64,000 nucleotides of DNA from Gemmatimonadota bacterium (GCA_038153405.1 JAYOYH010000001.1:64156-128155), one strand, 5' to 3'; positions 9,158 through 22,239 are shown, numbered from the stretch's first letter. Notes: a model not told the origin generated them from the sequence alone. Numbers and translations: made by a program.

Positions 9158-9598
9158 ATGTCGCGCGGCAGTGTAAACAAAGTAGTGCTGATCGGCAATC
9201 TCGGAGCCGATCCCGATGTGCGCTTCACTGCAAGTGGAGCACAAGTTGCCCACTTCAATTTGGCAACGAGCGAAAGCTGGCAGGATAAAAACGGCGAGCG
9301 CCAGGAGCGCACGGAATGGCATCGCATCGTCTTATGGCGGCGGTTGGCTGAAATCGCCGCCCAGTATATCAAGAAGGGCAATAAGGTGTATATCGAGGGA
9401 AAGCTGCAGACGCGCAGTTGGGACGACAGCAACGGCCAAAAGCGCTACACGACGGAAATAGTCGCTCAGAGCTTGGAGATGCTCGACAGCGCCAACGGCG
9501 GCCCGGCCGATCTTGACTTGAGCTATGGGGGCGGCCAGCGCACCGCGGTTGCTCGAGTAAATAGTCCGCAGGTGGGGGAAGAAGAGTTGCCGTTTTAG
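9158..9598 (+). CDS. ssb: Single-stranded DNA-binding protein
   Basis: [34 protein letters not shown] and C-terminal EEELPF; AAGGAGAAGGA RBS. Confidence 0.95.
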   Translation: MSRGSVNKVVLIGNLGADPDVRFTASGAQVAHFNLATSESWQDKNGERQERTEWHRIVLWRRLAEIAAQYIKKGNKVYIEGKLQTRSWDDSNGQKRYTTEIVAQSLEMLDSANGGPADLDLSYGGGQRTAVARVNSPQVGEEELPF

Positions 9599-9645
9599 CC
9601 CTATTTCAAGCAGCCTTGACCGGGTGCTATCGGGGGTATTAGATT

Positions 9646-9678
9646 GGTCACGCTTCCACGAGGGAGCGTGACCTTTTT
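9646..9678 (+). terminator. Intrinsic terminator after ssb
   Basis: GGTCACGCTTCC-acga-GGGAGCGTGACC followed by TTTTT. Confidence 0.8.
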
Positions 9679-9698
9679 ATGCCTAATGGGAGGAAAAC

Positions 9699-10535
9699 AT
9701 GGCTTTCGAACTCAATGCCAAAGGTAAGTTCAAGGATCTAACGCCGAGCTATCGCGGCGCGCGTTTTCAAGACGGGCGCCCCAAGGTCAACGACAATATC
9801 CTCAAGCGCATGAAGAAGGTAACGGTCGAAGAAGCGTGGGGCGTATTGGCCGGCAAGGGCCATCACTTTCAGTTCGAAGGCAACTGGCTCAACCTGCATC
9901 CCGACCGGGTCGTGGTAGGGCGCGCCGTCACCTGTCGCTATGTGCCGCACCGGCCCGATTTGAACGATATCGTCCAGGCCGACGGCAAGCGCAAAAAGTA
10001 TATCGGTGGCCAGAACAGCTGGGTCATTGATTCGCTCGTCAAAGACGACGTGTTGGTCGTAGAGCTATTCGGCAAAATAGTTAAGGGAACGTTTATCGGC
10101 GATAATCTCGGCACGGCCATCAGCGTAAATACCGGTGGCACTGGGGTGGTTATCGACGGCAGTATTCGCGACGACGAGCGCGTGCGCCAGTTGCCCCTTA
10201 ACGTGCTGTGTCGCGGCACGCATCCGACGGCCATTGGCGAAGTGACGATGGCCGAGATGAACGGACCGGTTCGCATTGGCGATACCACCTGTATGCCCGG
10301 CGATATCGTATTGGCCAAGCAAGCCGGTGTCGTATTTATTCCGCCGCAGTATGCTAAAGAAGTAGTCGAGCAGTCGGAAAACGTGCGCCTGCGCGACTAC
10401 TGGGGCAAGAAGAGCATTGCCGACGGTCGCTATACCCCGGGCGAGGTGGATAGGCGCTGGTCGGAAAAGATGGAAAAAGAGTTTGCCAAATGGCAGAAGG
10501 AAGTAGATATCAACGCCATTTTTGACGAGCTATAG
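9699..10535 (+). CDS. RraA family / 4-hydroxy-4-methyl-2-oxoglutarate aldolase-like protein
   Basis: VVGRAVT, IGDNL, GVVIDGSIRD, PGDIVLA and GVVFIP; GGAGG RBS. Confidence 0.8.
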   Translation: MAFELNAKGKFKDLTPSYRGARFQDGRPKVNDNILKRMKKVTVEEAWGVLAGKGHHFQFEGNWLNLHPDRVVVGRAVTCRYVPHRPDLNDIVQADGKRKKYIGGQNSWVIDSLVKDDVLVVELFGKIVKGTFIGDNLGTAISVNTGGTGVVIDGSIRDDERVRQLPLNVLCRGTHPTAIGEVTMAEMNGPVRIGDTTCMPGDIVLAKQAGVVFIPPQYAKEVVEQSENVRLRDYWGKKSIADGRYTPGEVDRRWSEKMEKEFAKWQKEVDINAIFDEL

Positions 10536-10568
10536 CAGCGCATTCGCCAACGATGTGAGGGCGCATTG

Positions 10569-10602
10569 TCGAGGCCCGGAGACGGCGAGCTCCGGGCCTC
10601 GA
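10569..10602. repeat. 13-bp perfect inverted repeat (possible terminator or REP-like hairpin)
   Basis: TCGAGGCCCGGAG-N8-CTCCGGGCCTCGA; no U-tract. Confidence 0.55.
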
Positions 10603-10654
10603 TGCGTACCCGCTATACGCCGATCGGCGCGCGCGTGAACGAGTCAATTCCCAT

Positions 10655-11165
10655 GGTGTGCACTGCCTCGATCTGGCTCTGTGGCTGATGGGCTATTCAG
10701 AGCCGGTAGCCGTCAGTGGCTCAACGTACGATCCGCTCACTCGTGGCCTTGGCCGATAGGGAGGGCGCGTCGTTTGACGTGGAGGATCTGGCCTGTGGAT
10801 TGGTCAAGTTTGCCAACGGCGCCACGCTGATTTTAGAGGCCAATTGGGCGCTCAATATACGCGAAAACGAGCACATGGTCACGTCGCTGTATGGCACGCA
10901 AGGAGGCTTGGTGCAGCGCAATATAGGGGGAGGCTACGAGTTTGAAGCTGAGTTGTATACGGCAGAGGGCGAGAGTCACTTCACCAAGAAGCTGGACCGG
11001 CGCACGCAGCGTGCACTTCCCTCATACGGAGAATTTGTAGAGAGCATCTTAGAGAAGCGCCAGCCCATTGCCACGGGCGAGCACGGACTCAAAGTAATGA
11101 AAATTCTCGATGGCATTTACAAGAGTGCGGCTACCGGCAGGGAAGTGCGCTACCGCTCGCACTAA
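10655..11165 (+). pseudogene. 5'-truncated, frameshifted Gfo/Idh/MocA oxidoreductase remnant
   Basis: GVHCLDLALWLMGYSEPVAVSG in one frame continues as ALADREGASFDVEDLACGLVKFANGA after a +1 shift near 10745; no Rossmann N-terminal half; resembles the C-terminal half of 7313..8365. Confidence 0.75.
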
Positions 11166-11205
11166 CGCGCGAGCGCCGTGCGAGCGGTAAACGTTGGTGC
11201 CAAGT

Positions 11206-11841
11206 CTATTTATTGGGCTGTGGCGTCGTGCGCAGGTAGGGCTTGACCGCCGTAAAGCCCTTTGGCAACTTGGCTTTGGCCTGATCGTCGGAAAGGGAGG
11301 GCGAGACGATGCAATCGTCGCCATCCTTCCAGTTGGCTGGCGTGGCTACTGGGTATTTTGCCGATAGCTGCAGCGAGTCGATTACGCGCAGTATTTCGTC
11401 GAAGTTGCGCCCAGCCGAAGCGGGGTAAGTCAAGGTGAGCTTGATTTTCTTGTCTGGGCCGATGACGAATACAGAGCGCACCGTCATATTGTCGAGTGCG
11501 TTGGGGTGGATCATATCGTAGAGCTTGGCGACGGTGCGGTCGGGATCGGCGAGCATGGGAAAGTTTACGTTGGTATTCTGCGTCTCGTTGATATCGCCAA
11601 TCCATCCCTTGTGTTCTTCAAGGGTGTCGACGCTCAGTCCTATGACTTTGACATTGCGCTTGTCGAACTCGTCTTTGAGCCTAGATACCATACCCAGTTC
11701 GGTTGTGCAAACGGGCGTGTAATCGGCCGGGTGGGAGAATAGCACGCCCCAGCTATCGCCGAGCCATTGGTGAAAGAAAATCGTGCCTTGGGTGCTATCG
11801 GCAGTAAAATCGGGCGCTGTGTCGCCAAGGCGAATGGCCAT
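11206..11841 (-). CDS. 1-Cys peroxiredoxin (Prx6 family)
   Basis: FSHPADYTPVCTTELG, YPASAGRNFDEILR and ATPANW; start moved to MAIRLG with AGGAG RBS. Confidence 0.93.
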   Translation of the reverse strand: MAIRLGDTAPDFTADSTQGTIFFHQWLGDSWGVLFSHPADYTPVCTTELGMVSRLKDEFDKRNVKVIGLSVDTLEEHKGWIGDINETQNTNVNFPMLADPDRTVAKLYDMIHPNALDNMTVRSVFVIGPDKKIKLTLTYPASAGRNFDEILRVIDSLQLSAKYPVATPANWKDGDDCIVSPSLSDDQAKAKLPKGFTAVKPYLRTTPQPNK

Positions 11842-11982
11842 GGTCTGCACTCCTGTTAAGGTGTTGATAGATATCTCTGAGAAAGCTGCTCCTTTTAAAG
11901 AAGCATATATAGTAATATTGAGTATATTATTGTCCCTGTCAAAAAATCCCCATTGGGTGAGGGCAGAGGAGTTTTCAGTGCG

Positions 11983-12828
11983 ATGAGAACAATAGTCTTT
12001 TTGCTGTGCTCTATAGCTGTTCCGGCGAGTGCATGGTGGGGCGGTGGGCATGCCATTCTTTCCGAGGCGGCCGTGCGCGCCTTGCCCGACGAAGTGCCTA
12101 CTTTTTTTCGCAACGGTGGGCGGGTAGTCGCCGCCGCCTCCATTGATGCCGATCTGCATAAAAACCGCGCCGTGCCCAACGTCAACCAGACGGAACGCGC
12201 CGAGCATTTTATCGACTTAGAACGGCTAAAAGGAGCTGAACTGCCAGATCAGCGCTATGCGTTTATTGCCCTCTGCTACAAAGTGGGCGTCGAACCCGAG
12301 CGCGTGGGGCTGGTGCCCTATGCCCTAGCCGAATGGACGGGGCGACTGGCCGTGGCCTTTGCCGAGCATCGCAGGTGGCCCGAGGACGAGGCCATTTGGT
12401 CGAAGTGCCTGGTCTACGCCGGCTTTGTCGCCCACTACGCCCAGGATTTGACGCAGCCGCTGCACACGACGGTCCACTACGACGGCATTGTGCAGCCCGA
12501 CGGCACGACGGTGGGCAAGGGCATACACGAATTAGTTGACTCGTCTGTCGAGCGCTTGGCATTGGATCCGACCGAGTTGGCCACGGGGCTGGAATTGGCC
12601 ACATACGACTCGCTGATGTCCGGCATTGTCGCAGCGCTGGAGGTCAGCCATGCGCGGGTCAGTTCCGTATACGATATTGGCGATGCCTGGGATGACGTCG
12701 ATGACGAGCGTATGCAGGCGCAGTGCGCCGAGCGCGCGCGCGCGGCCGTCGAGCTAACGGGGTCTCTCTTGCTGACGGCATGGCGTCGTTCGGACGGCAT
12801 GTGGCTGCCCGAGTGGCTGATGCGCTGA
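11983..12828 (+). CDS. Secreted S1/P1 nuclease / Zn-dependent phospholipase C-fold protein
   Basis: Signal peptide ending ASA-W; WWGGGH, D..K, EHFID, HYAQDLTQPLH and GIHELVD Zn-ligand pattern. Confidence 0.75.
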   Translation: MRTIVFLLCSIAVPASAWWGGGHAILSEAAVRALPDEVPTFFRNGGRVVAAASIDADLHKNRAVPNVNQTERAEHFIDLERLKGAELPDQRYAFIALCYKVGVEPERVGLVPYALAEWTGRLAVAFAEHRRWPEDEAIWSKCLVYAGFVAHYAQDLTQPLHTTVHYDGIVQPDGTTVGKGIHELVDSSVERLALDPTELATGLELATYDSLMSGIVAALEVSHARVSSVYDIGDAWDDVDDERMQAQCAERARAAVELTGSLLLTAWRRSDGMWLPEWLMR

Positions 12829-12846
12829 GAGCGGTCTGACGGGTTT

Positions 12847-13983
12847 TCAAAGCGCCAGGGCAAATCCTTCGCGATCTTCTACGCCCTGAGCAAAAATTCG
12901 CTCTTCGATGGCGATGCCGGCGCCCGGCGTATCGGGCACGACGAGTTTGCCGTCAAGAAAGCTCCAGCCGTCTTCGATATAGCCTGGCATCTGTGCCGGC
13001 GCGGCTTCCAATAGAGCGTAGTTGGGGATAGAGGCGGCAAAGTGGGCGTGATGATAGCGCTCGATATAGCTGCCCCAGGTGTGGGGCGCACAGAGCACGT
13101 CCCATTCTTCCAGGCGCGCGGCTGTCTCGCGCCACCAGGTCAACCCGCTAAAGCGAAAGTCGTGTTGGACCACGTCGATTAACCCGCTCTCGACCAGATC
13201 AAAAAAATAGGGCGGCGGTGCGAACTCGCCGTCGGCTACCAGCGTATCCCAATCGTTTTCGACGATGTATTCCTTAAGTGCTTGGTTGAGCGGACGGTCC
13301 TCGGCGAAGGGCTCTTCGAACCAGTAAATACCTATGTCGGCACACAGGTCCATAAGGGCTTTAGCGCTGTTGAGCGTATTGCCCATATTGGCGTCGATCA
13401 TCACTTTGGCGCCGGGATCGCAGGCTTGGCGCACGGTGCGGATGACGAGCGCATCGCGCGCCAAGCCGGCCGCAGGCTCCATCCAGCGCGCGCCGCGTCC
13501 GACTTTAATCTTGAAATTTCGGTAGCCGTATTCCTGCCCGCTTTCGACTTCTTGGCGAAACAGGGAAACGGCTTCTTCATCGCTCAACTGCAGGTCGTCT
13601 ATGTAGATTGAGGCGTCGTAGAGTTCAACCTGGCGCCGGCCGCGCGCGCCCAGTAGGCGGTAGAGCGGCAGGTGCATCAGGCGTGCGACTAGGTCCCACA
13701 GCGGCAGGTCGACGGCGCGACCACCGGGTAAAGAGCCTTCGGGCAGCCGGAACAACTGGCCGATCGACGCGCCGAGCAGTGCTTCGGCAGCGGGGCGGTC
13801 GATATTCGACCAGCCGATGCCCCAAGCGCCGTTGGCCGCCTCGAGGCGCACGACGGAGTCGACGATGCGCCGGCCGTGCGTGGGAATGCGCGCGTTGTAT
13901 CCGATCGAGCGCGGTCGAGTGCCGCGTATAATCGACTTCTCAATGCGGACGATGCGTTCGTCCGGCGTGGTCTCTTCGCTCAT
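12847..13983 (-). CDS. Mandelate racemase/muconate lactonizing enzyme (enolase superfamily)
   Basis: DLPLWDL...PLYRLLG, FKIKVG, IDAN, WFEEP, ADGE and APH. Confidence 0.85.
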   Translation of the reverse strand: MSEETTPDERIVRIEKSIIRGTRPRSIGYNARIPTHGRRIVDSVVRLEAANGAWGIGWSNIDRPAAEALLGASIGQLFRLPEGSLPGGRAVDLPLWDLVARLMHLPLYRLLGARGRRQVELYDASIYIDDLQLSDEEAVSLFRQEVESGQEYGYRNFKIKVGRGARWMEPAAGLARDALVIRTVRQACDPGAKVMIDANMGNTLNSAKALMDLCADIGIYWFEEPFAEDRPLNQALKEYIVENDWDTLVADGEFAPPPYFFDLVESGLIDVVQHDFRFSGLTWWRETAARLEEWDVLCAPHTWGSYIERYHHAHFAASIPNYALLEAAPAQMPGYIEDGWSFLDGKLVVPDTPGAGIAIEERIFAQGVEDREGFALAL

Positions 13984-14083
13984 AGTTTGTTATTTCTTAT
14001 CTGTTCCAGTGCGCATCCCGCGCCACCCTGGCGCGAGAGGGCTCTGGAGGTTGGGTCTCTCGATCGGGTCGGTGCGCCGTGTA

Positions 14084-15631
14084 TTAACGGTCGAAATCGC
14101 GCTCCACGCACTCACTGACTATACGCGGCTCATACAGGGCGCCATCGGCCTCGACTAGTGCGCCATCCCCCCGCATAATCTGGTTGGGGGTATGGCAAGA
14201 AACGCGGGTGGGAAATCGCGCGTTGAGTTCGGCTGATTGCCGCCTGCGCCGATCGGCTGCATCATCAAAACAGAAATGTTCTAGCGCTGCCAGACGCAGC
14301 GGGGCCAATGCGTCTGGAACGGCGCCCGTCTTGAGCAGGTTAATCTGCTCATCGGGGTCGTTCTGCAGGTCAAACGCCAGATCGTCGCAGCCGCGGAAGG
14401 CGACATACTTATAGCGCGCACTGCGTGCCATGCGGAACTCCGTGCCTTCCCCCCAGCGCGGCGCGAGCGACTCCGTTATGACGGCGAGTCGCTGGTCCAG
14501 CGCATTGCACGCTTCGCCGTGGATAGCAGCGCTCAGATCGATGCCGTCGAGTTCGGTCGGCGCGGTGGTTTCGGCCAGTCCGCAGAGGGTGGGAAAGAGA
14601 TCGGCGAGGCTGGTCGGAGCATCGATCGTGCGCGCCGGCTGCTCCTTGCGGCGCTGGGCTGGCGTAGAGACGATCAGCGGTACGCGCGCCGAGGCCTCAT
14701 GCCAAGTGTTCTTCCAAAACAGGCCGTGCTCACCGGCCAGTTCGCCGTGGTCCGAAGTGTAGATAATGACGGTGTTGTCGAGTAGTCCGTCGCGCTGTAA
14801 GAGCGCGAGGAAATCGCCGATCATCTCGTCGAGAAAGTCGACGCAGGCCGCATAGGCGGCGCGTGCCTTCCTCATTTCCTCTTTGCCGATTTCTCCACAG
14901 CGAAAACCGGAAAAGGCGCCCTGTGTCATCGGGTGGTCGGCGCTGTCGCCGCTGCGCCCAACGCGCGGTGGGGTGATGCCGGCCGGGTAATAGCGGTCAA
15001 AAAAGCGCCGCGGTGCTGTGAGGGGGAAGTGCGGGCGGCTAAAGGATGCGTATAGGAGCCAGGGCTGTTGGGGAGCGGTGTGGCGTTGTTCGCGCAGCCA
15101 GGCGATGGATTCGCGTGCAACCAATTGTTCCTGCAGCAACGACTCGGGTATCTGACTTAGTCCGGCATCGGCCGTGCGCGATCGCATGTCCATGCCGGGC
15201 CGCAGCGATTCGCTGTACAGGTTGAGGGGATCGAATTGGTGCGCGCAGGGGCCACCGAAATCGCCGTAGGGGCGATCGCGGAAGCCGGCTGTCTGACGCG
15301 AGCCGCCTAGGTGCATCTTGCCGACGGTGCAGGTTGCATACCCGGCTGCTCCCAACGCATCGGCAAAAGTGGGAATGTCTGGGGGGAGTATAGAGCTGTT
15401 GCTCCAGGCGCCGCAGCGATGAGCATGGCGACCGCAGAGCATGGCGATACGACTTGGTGAGCACAGCGGCATTTGGCAGTAGGTCGTAGTAAAGTGCGTT
15501 CCCCTATCTGCAAGAGCATCGAGCGCAGGCGTTCTACAGGGTTCACCGCCTTCTCGCTCAGATCGGGCAGATAGAAAGCGGTAGGAATGTTCGTCAGACT
15601 GGAGCAGCAGAATGTTGGGTTGGGAAGACAT
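14084..15631 (-). CDS. Cys-type sulfatase (choline-sulfatase-like)
   Basis: PNILL..SDEH, LCSPSR, GKMH, PHFP, SDHGE and WKNTWHEASARVP. Confidence 0.88.
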   Translation of the reverse strand: MSSQPNILLLQSDEHSYRFLSARSEREGGEPCRTPALDALADRGTHFTTTYCQMPLCSPSRIAMLCGRHAHRCGAWSNSSILPPDIPTFADALGAAGYATCTVGKMHLGGSRQTAGFRDRPYGDFGGPCAHQFDPLNLYSESLRPGMDMRSRTADAGLSQIPESLLQEQLVARESIAWLREQRHTAPQQPWLLYASFSRPHFPLTAPRRFFDRYYPAGITPPRVGRSGDSADHPMTQGAFSGFRCGEIGKEEMRKARAAYAACVDFLDEMIGDFLALLQRDGLLDNTVIIYTSDHGELAGEHGLFWKNTWHEASARVPLIVSTPAQRRKEQPARTIDAPTSLADLFPTLCGLAETTAPTELDGIDLSAAIHGEACNALDQRLAVITESLAPRWGEGTEFRMARSARYKYVAFRGCDDLAFDLQNDPDEQINLLKTGAVPDALAPLRLAALEHFCFDDAADRRRRQSAELNARFPTRVSCHTPNQIMRGDGALVEADGALYEPRIVSECVERDFDR

Positions 15632-15699
15632 AGGGCATTCCTTTCCGGCTATGGGCTCTGTATACTATGCAATTTGCGCCGCCCCGGCGAATGGGCTTA

Positions 15700-15772
15700 G
15701 AAGGCGTAATAGGTCGCCATTTAACCGCTCGTACGAGCGGTTTGAATGCAAATGACGATCTATTACGCCTTC
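15700..15772. repeat. Long imperfect hairpin/palindrome in the divergent intergenic region
   Basis: GAAGGCGTAATAG pairs with CTATTACGCCTTC, GTCGCCATTT pairs with AAATGACGAT, and the core AACCGCTCGTACGAGCGGTT is a perfect palindrome. Confidence 0.7.
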
Positions 15773-15816
15773 GAGTGCAGCGCGTAGCGAGGCGAGAAAC
15801 GTGGACGCAAATAGGC

Positions 15817-15843
15817 TTAAGTCTTTTAAAATTATGCCGATAT
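15817..15843 (+). promoter_or_regulatory. Sigma28 (FliA)-type promoter for the globin-coupled chemoreceptor
   Basis: TTAAGTCT-N11-GCCGATAT, about 90 nt upstream of the ATG. Confidence 0.65.
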
Positions 15844-15934
15844 TGTATCTTGTATACCCTGTGGTCCAAGTTGCGGTTATTGGCATACCTATTGCTTTAT
15901 AATAGAAAAATCCGATTAAGGAGCGAAAAAGAAC

Positions 15935-17566
15935 ATGTTCGGACGAAAATGGAAAAAGGCAGACAAGAGAGAGCGCGTCTATCAGGTTGGGCGGATTTCC
16001 GTCAGCGACAGAGATATCGAGTTGCGGTTGCGCTTTCAGGGACTCACGGAACGGGATCTCGGTGTCATCCTCTCTTGGTCTGATGTACTTCGCCCCAAGA
16101 TTGACGTACTCTGCGATCGCTTCTACGAGCACATCAAGAGCAATTCGGTGACGCAAGACTTTCTCAATCGATTCACGACGGTCGAAAAGCAGCGCCCGCT
16201 GCTCACGCGCTACATCATGACGATGCTGTCCGGCGTAATCGACGACGATTACGTTGAATCCCGTCGCCGCGTCGGCGCGCGCCACAACCAAATCGATTTG
16301 GACTTCAACTGGTACGTGTCGATGTACGAGGTCATTCGCAAGGTGCTGGTCGATCTAGTCAAGGAGTCGGGAGCCAATAACGATGAACTGCATACGTTCA
16401 AAGACGCGCTGGCGCGCCTTATCCAGACGGACGTCGCGCTGGTGAGCAATGCGCTGGCCCAGACGCAGCGCGAATTGAGCAATGTGATCGAGAAGCAGCG
16501 CGACAGCGTCGTGCGCTTTTTTAACGACACGTCTGAGGTGTTGGACAAAATGGCAGACCGCGACCTGTCGATGCGTATGGATGGCACCTACGAAGAAGAG
16601 TTCATGAAGGTGCGCGACGCGTTGAACAGTGCGTTAGATAATCTCGATGAAGGCCTGGCGCAGGTCGCCGTTAGCTCCGACCAAATCTCATCGGCTTCCG
16701 GTCAGATAAGCGACGGCAGCCAGTCTTTGGCGCAGGGGGCCACGCAGCAGGCCTCAACGCTGGAAGAAGTCGCTTCCAGTCTTGAGGAAATCACCTCAAT
16801 GTCCAAGCAAAACACGGCCAATTCTCAGCAGGCCCGCGCCATGGCCGAGGAAGCCGGGCGCAGCACGGACAAGGGGGTCGAGTCGATGAAGCGCCTGTCG
16901 CAGGCCATTGATCGCATAAAGAACTCCTCCGACGAAACTGCGCGCATCGTCAAGACCATTGACGAGATCGCCTTCCAAACCAACTTGCTGGCTCTCAACG
17001 CCGCCGTCGAAGCCGCGCGTGCCGGCGAGGCCGGTAAGGGCTTTGCCGTGGTAGCCGAAGAAGTGCGAAATCTGGCCATGCGCTCGGCTGAGGCGGCCAA
17101 GAATACCGCTGAGATGATCCAAGAGTCGGTGCAGAACTCCTCCGACGGCGTGGCGCTCAACTTGGAGGTGCTCGACAACCTCGAGGAAATTAACAAGCAA
17201 GTGCAGCGCGTGGGCGAGGTCATGGCGGAGATATCGGCTGCTTCTAGTCAGCAGGAACAGGGCGTCGGGCAGATCAGCCAGGGCGTCGGGCAACTCAATC
17301 AGCTGACCCAGCAGAACGCGGCCAACGCCGAAGAGTCGGCTGCCGCGTCCGAAGAGCTCTCTGCGCAGGCCGAAGAGATGCGCTCTCTAGTGCGCGCCTT
17401 CCGCCTCACCGAGGATAGGAGTAGGTCTGCGTCGAAGGCACCTGCTCGGCCCAAGGCGGGCCATGGAAGAGGCGCTGCCCGGTCAAATGGTGCGCCCCGC
17501 AGTCACAATGCTGACGAGTTGATTCCGTTGAACGACGAAGACGAAGACGTATTGAGCGAATTCTGA
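15935..17566 (+). CDS. Globin-coupled methyl-accepting chemotaxis protein (HemAT-like, soluble; sensor globin + HAMP-like + MCP signalling domain)
   Basis: N-terminal FYEHI...[19 protein letters not shown] (protoglobin-type); [37 protein letters not shown]; no TM segment; acidic tail ending VLSEF. Confidence 0.92.
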   Translation: MFGRKWKKADKRERVYQVGRISVSDRDIELRLRFQGLTERDLGVILSWSDVLRPKIDVLCDRFYEHIKSNSVTQDFLNRFTTVEKQRPLLTRYIMTMLSGVIDDDYVESRRRVGARHNQIDLDFNWYVSMYEVIRKVLVDLVKESGANNDELHTFKDALARLIQTDVALVSNALAQTQRELSNVIEKQRDSVVRFFNDTSEVLDKMADRDLSMRMDGTYEEEFMKVRDALNSALDNLDEGLAQVAVSSDQISSASGQISDGSQSLAQGATQQASTLEEVASSLEEITSMSKQNTANSQQARAMAEEAGRSTDKGVESMKRLSQAIDRIKNSSDETARIVKTIDEIAFQTNLLALNAAVEAARAGEAGKGFAVVAEEVRNLAMRSAEAAKNTAEMIQESVQNSSDGVALNLEVLDNLEEINKQVQRVGEVMAEISAASSQQEQGVGQISQGVGQLNQLTQQNAANAEESAAASEELSAQAEEMRSLVRAFRLTEDRSRSASKAPARPKAGHGRGAARSNGAPRSHNADELIPLNDEDEDVLSEF

Positions 17567-17574
17567 GAGGCGTC

Positions 17575-17703
17575 ATGAGCGGCAGACACTACGCATTCCT
17601 GCTTGCGCGTTTAGCGCATGCGGCGATTAAAGGGGTGGGTATTCTGGGTATCTTTATCGCCGTAGAATACAGCGATGCTTACTTCCAGGAAGGGCTGCAG
17701 TAG
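17575..17703 (+). CDS. Putative 42-aa hydrophobic small protein (not in the ORF track)
   Basis: MSGRHYAFLLARLAHAAIKGVGILGIFIAVEYSDAYFQEGLQ; GAGAGG RBS overlapping the MCP stop; lies before the terminator. Confidence 0.35.
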   Translation: MSGRHYAFLLARLAHAAIKGVGILGIFIAVEYSDAYFQEGLQ

Positions 17704-17732
17704 GAAAAGTACGGCGCAGAATAGCTTGACCG

Positions 17733-17768
17733 CGCGGGCACATCGTTCGATGTGCCCGCGTTTTTTTT
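17733..17768 (+). terminator. Strong intrinsic terminator between the convergent MCP and metH genes
   Basis: CGCGGGCACATCG-TT-CGATGTGCCCGCG followed by T8. Confidence 0.85.
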
Positions 17769-17775
17769 ACCCGTG

Positions 17776-21465
<3,690 letters not shown>

Positions 21466-21532
21466 GTGCAAATTGCCGTTTTGATAGGGTTTCAAAGCTA
21501 TTCTAACTACGCCATTTGATCGATAAATGTCA

Positions 21533-21552
21533 ATATCAAGATTTATTGATAT
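21533..21552. promoter_or_regulatory. 20-bp palindromic operator upstream of metH (SahR/ArsR-like)
   Basis: ATATCAA-GATTTA-TTGATAT, adjoining a minus-strand TTGACA at 21528-21533. Confidence 0.6.
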
Positions 21553-21633
21553 ATATGCCCCTTCGTTTTGATATGCAGGGCGGAGAGAATTGCCTATTTT
21601 AAAGCGCGACCCGCTAAACAACGGAGCGTTGCC

Positions 21634-22227
21634 ATGGTCTACAAGGTCCTGTGTTCGATTGCTGTCCTGTGGTCTGCGGCCGGGGCGCAAACGGTAGAAA
21701 TTGCTTTGCCAGAAGGGGATGCGGCTGCGCTTTACGCAGTGATAGAGCAGGAAATCACCCTTTCTATTCGCGCCGACCTGGCCGGGGTAGGCGGTGTTTC
21801 AGGGCTGGTATTTCACCTTGCCGTGCCCGCCGGATCCTTTGCGTACGAGGCGCCTACACCCTTTCGCCAGGGGGCGCTCTTTGCCGGAGCCACGGAATTT
21901 TCAAACGATGCGCTGCGCGGCGAGAAAGCCATTGGCGGTCCGCCCGGCATGGACGTATTGTCCTATGCCCTCGTTACGGGGCCTGCCGGTCAGCGCGGTC
22001 GCACGGGACGGGGAGAAGTGGCGCGCCTAGTCCTGCGCCCGCTGCGCACCGGCGCGGTGCCGATTGCCTTTGTGCAGTCGCCCGCCTATCCGGGCAACGT
22101 AGTTTTGGACGATGGTATCGGCGAGCGCTCCTTTCAGCACATGCGAGGTATTGAACTGTTCGTCGGTGCCAGCGGCAAGCCGGCTATCGGCGATACGTGG
22201 GCCGCGCTTAAACTGCAGTTTCAGTAG
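21634..22227 (+). CDS. Secreted hypothetical protein, possibly a cohesin-like beta-sandwich, with C-terminal TWAALK tail
   Basis: Signal peptide (..WSAAGA-Q); beta-rich pattern with [10 protein letters not shown]; ends [16 protein letters not shown]. Confidence 0.6.
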   Translation: MVYKVLCSIAVLWSAAGAQTVEIALPEGDAAALYAVIEQEITLSIRADLAGVGGVSGLVFHLAVPAGSFAYEAPTPFRQGALFAGATEFSNDALRGEKAIGGPPGMDVLSYALVTGPAGQRGRTGRGEVARLVLRPLRTGAVPIAFVQSPAYPGNVVLDDGIGERSFQHMRGIELFVGASGKPAIGDTWAALKLQFQ

Positions 22228-22239
22228 TCTAATAGAGAG

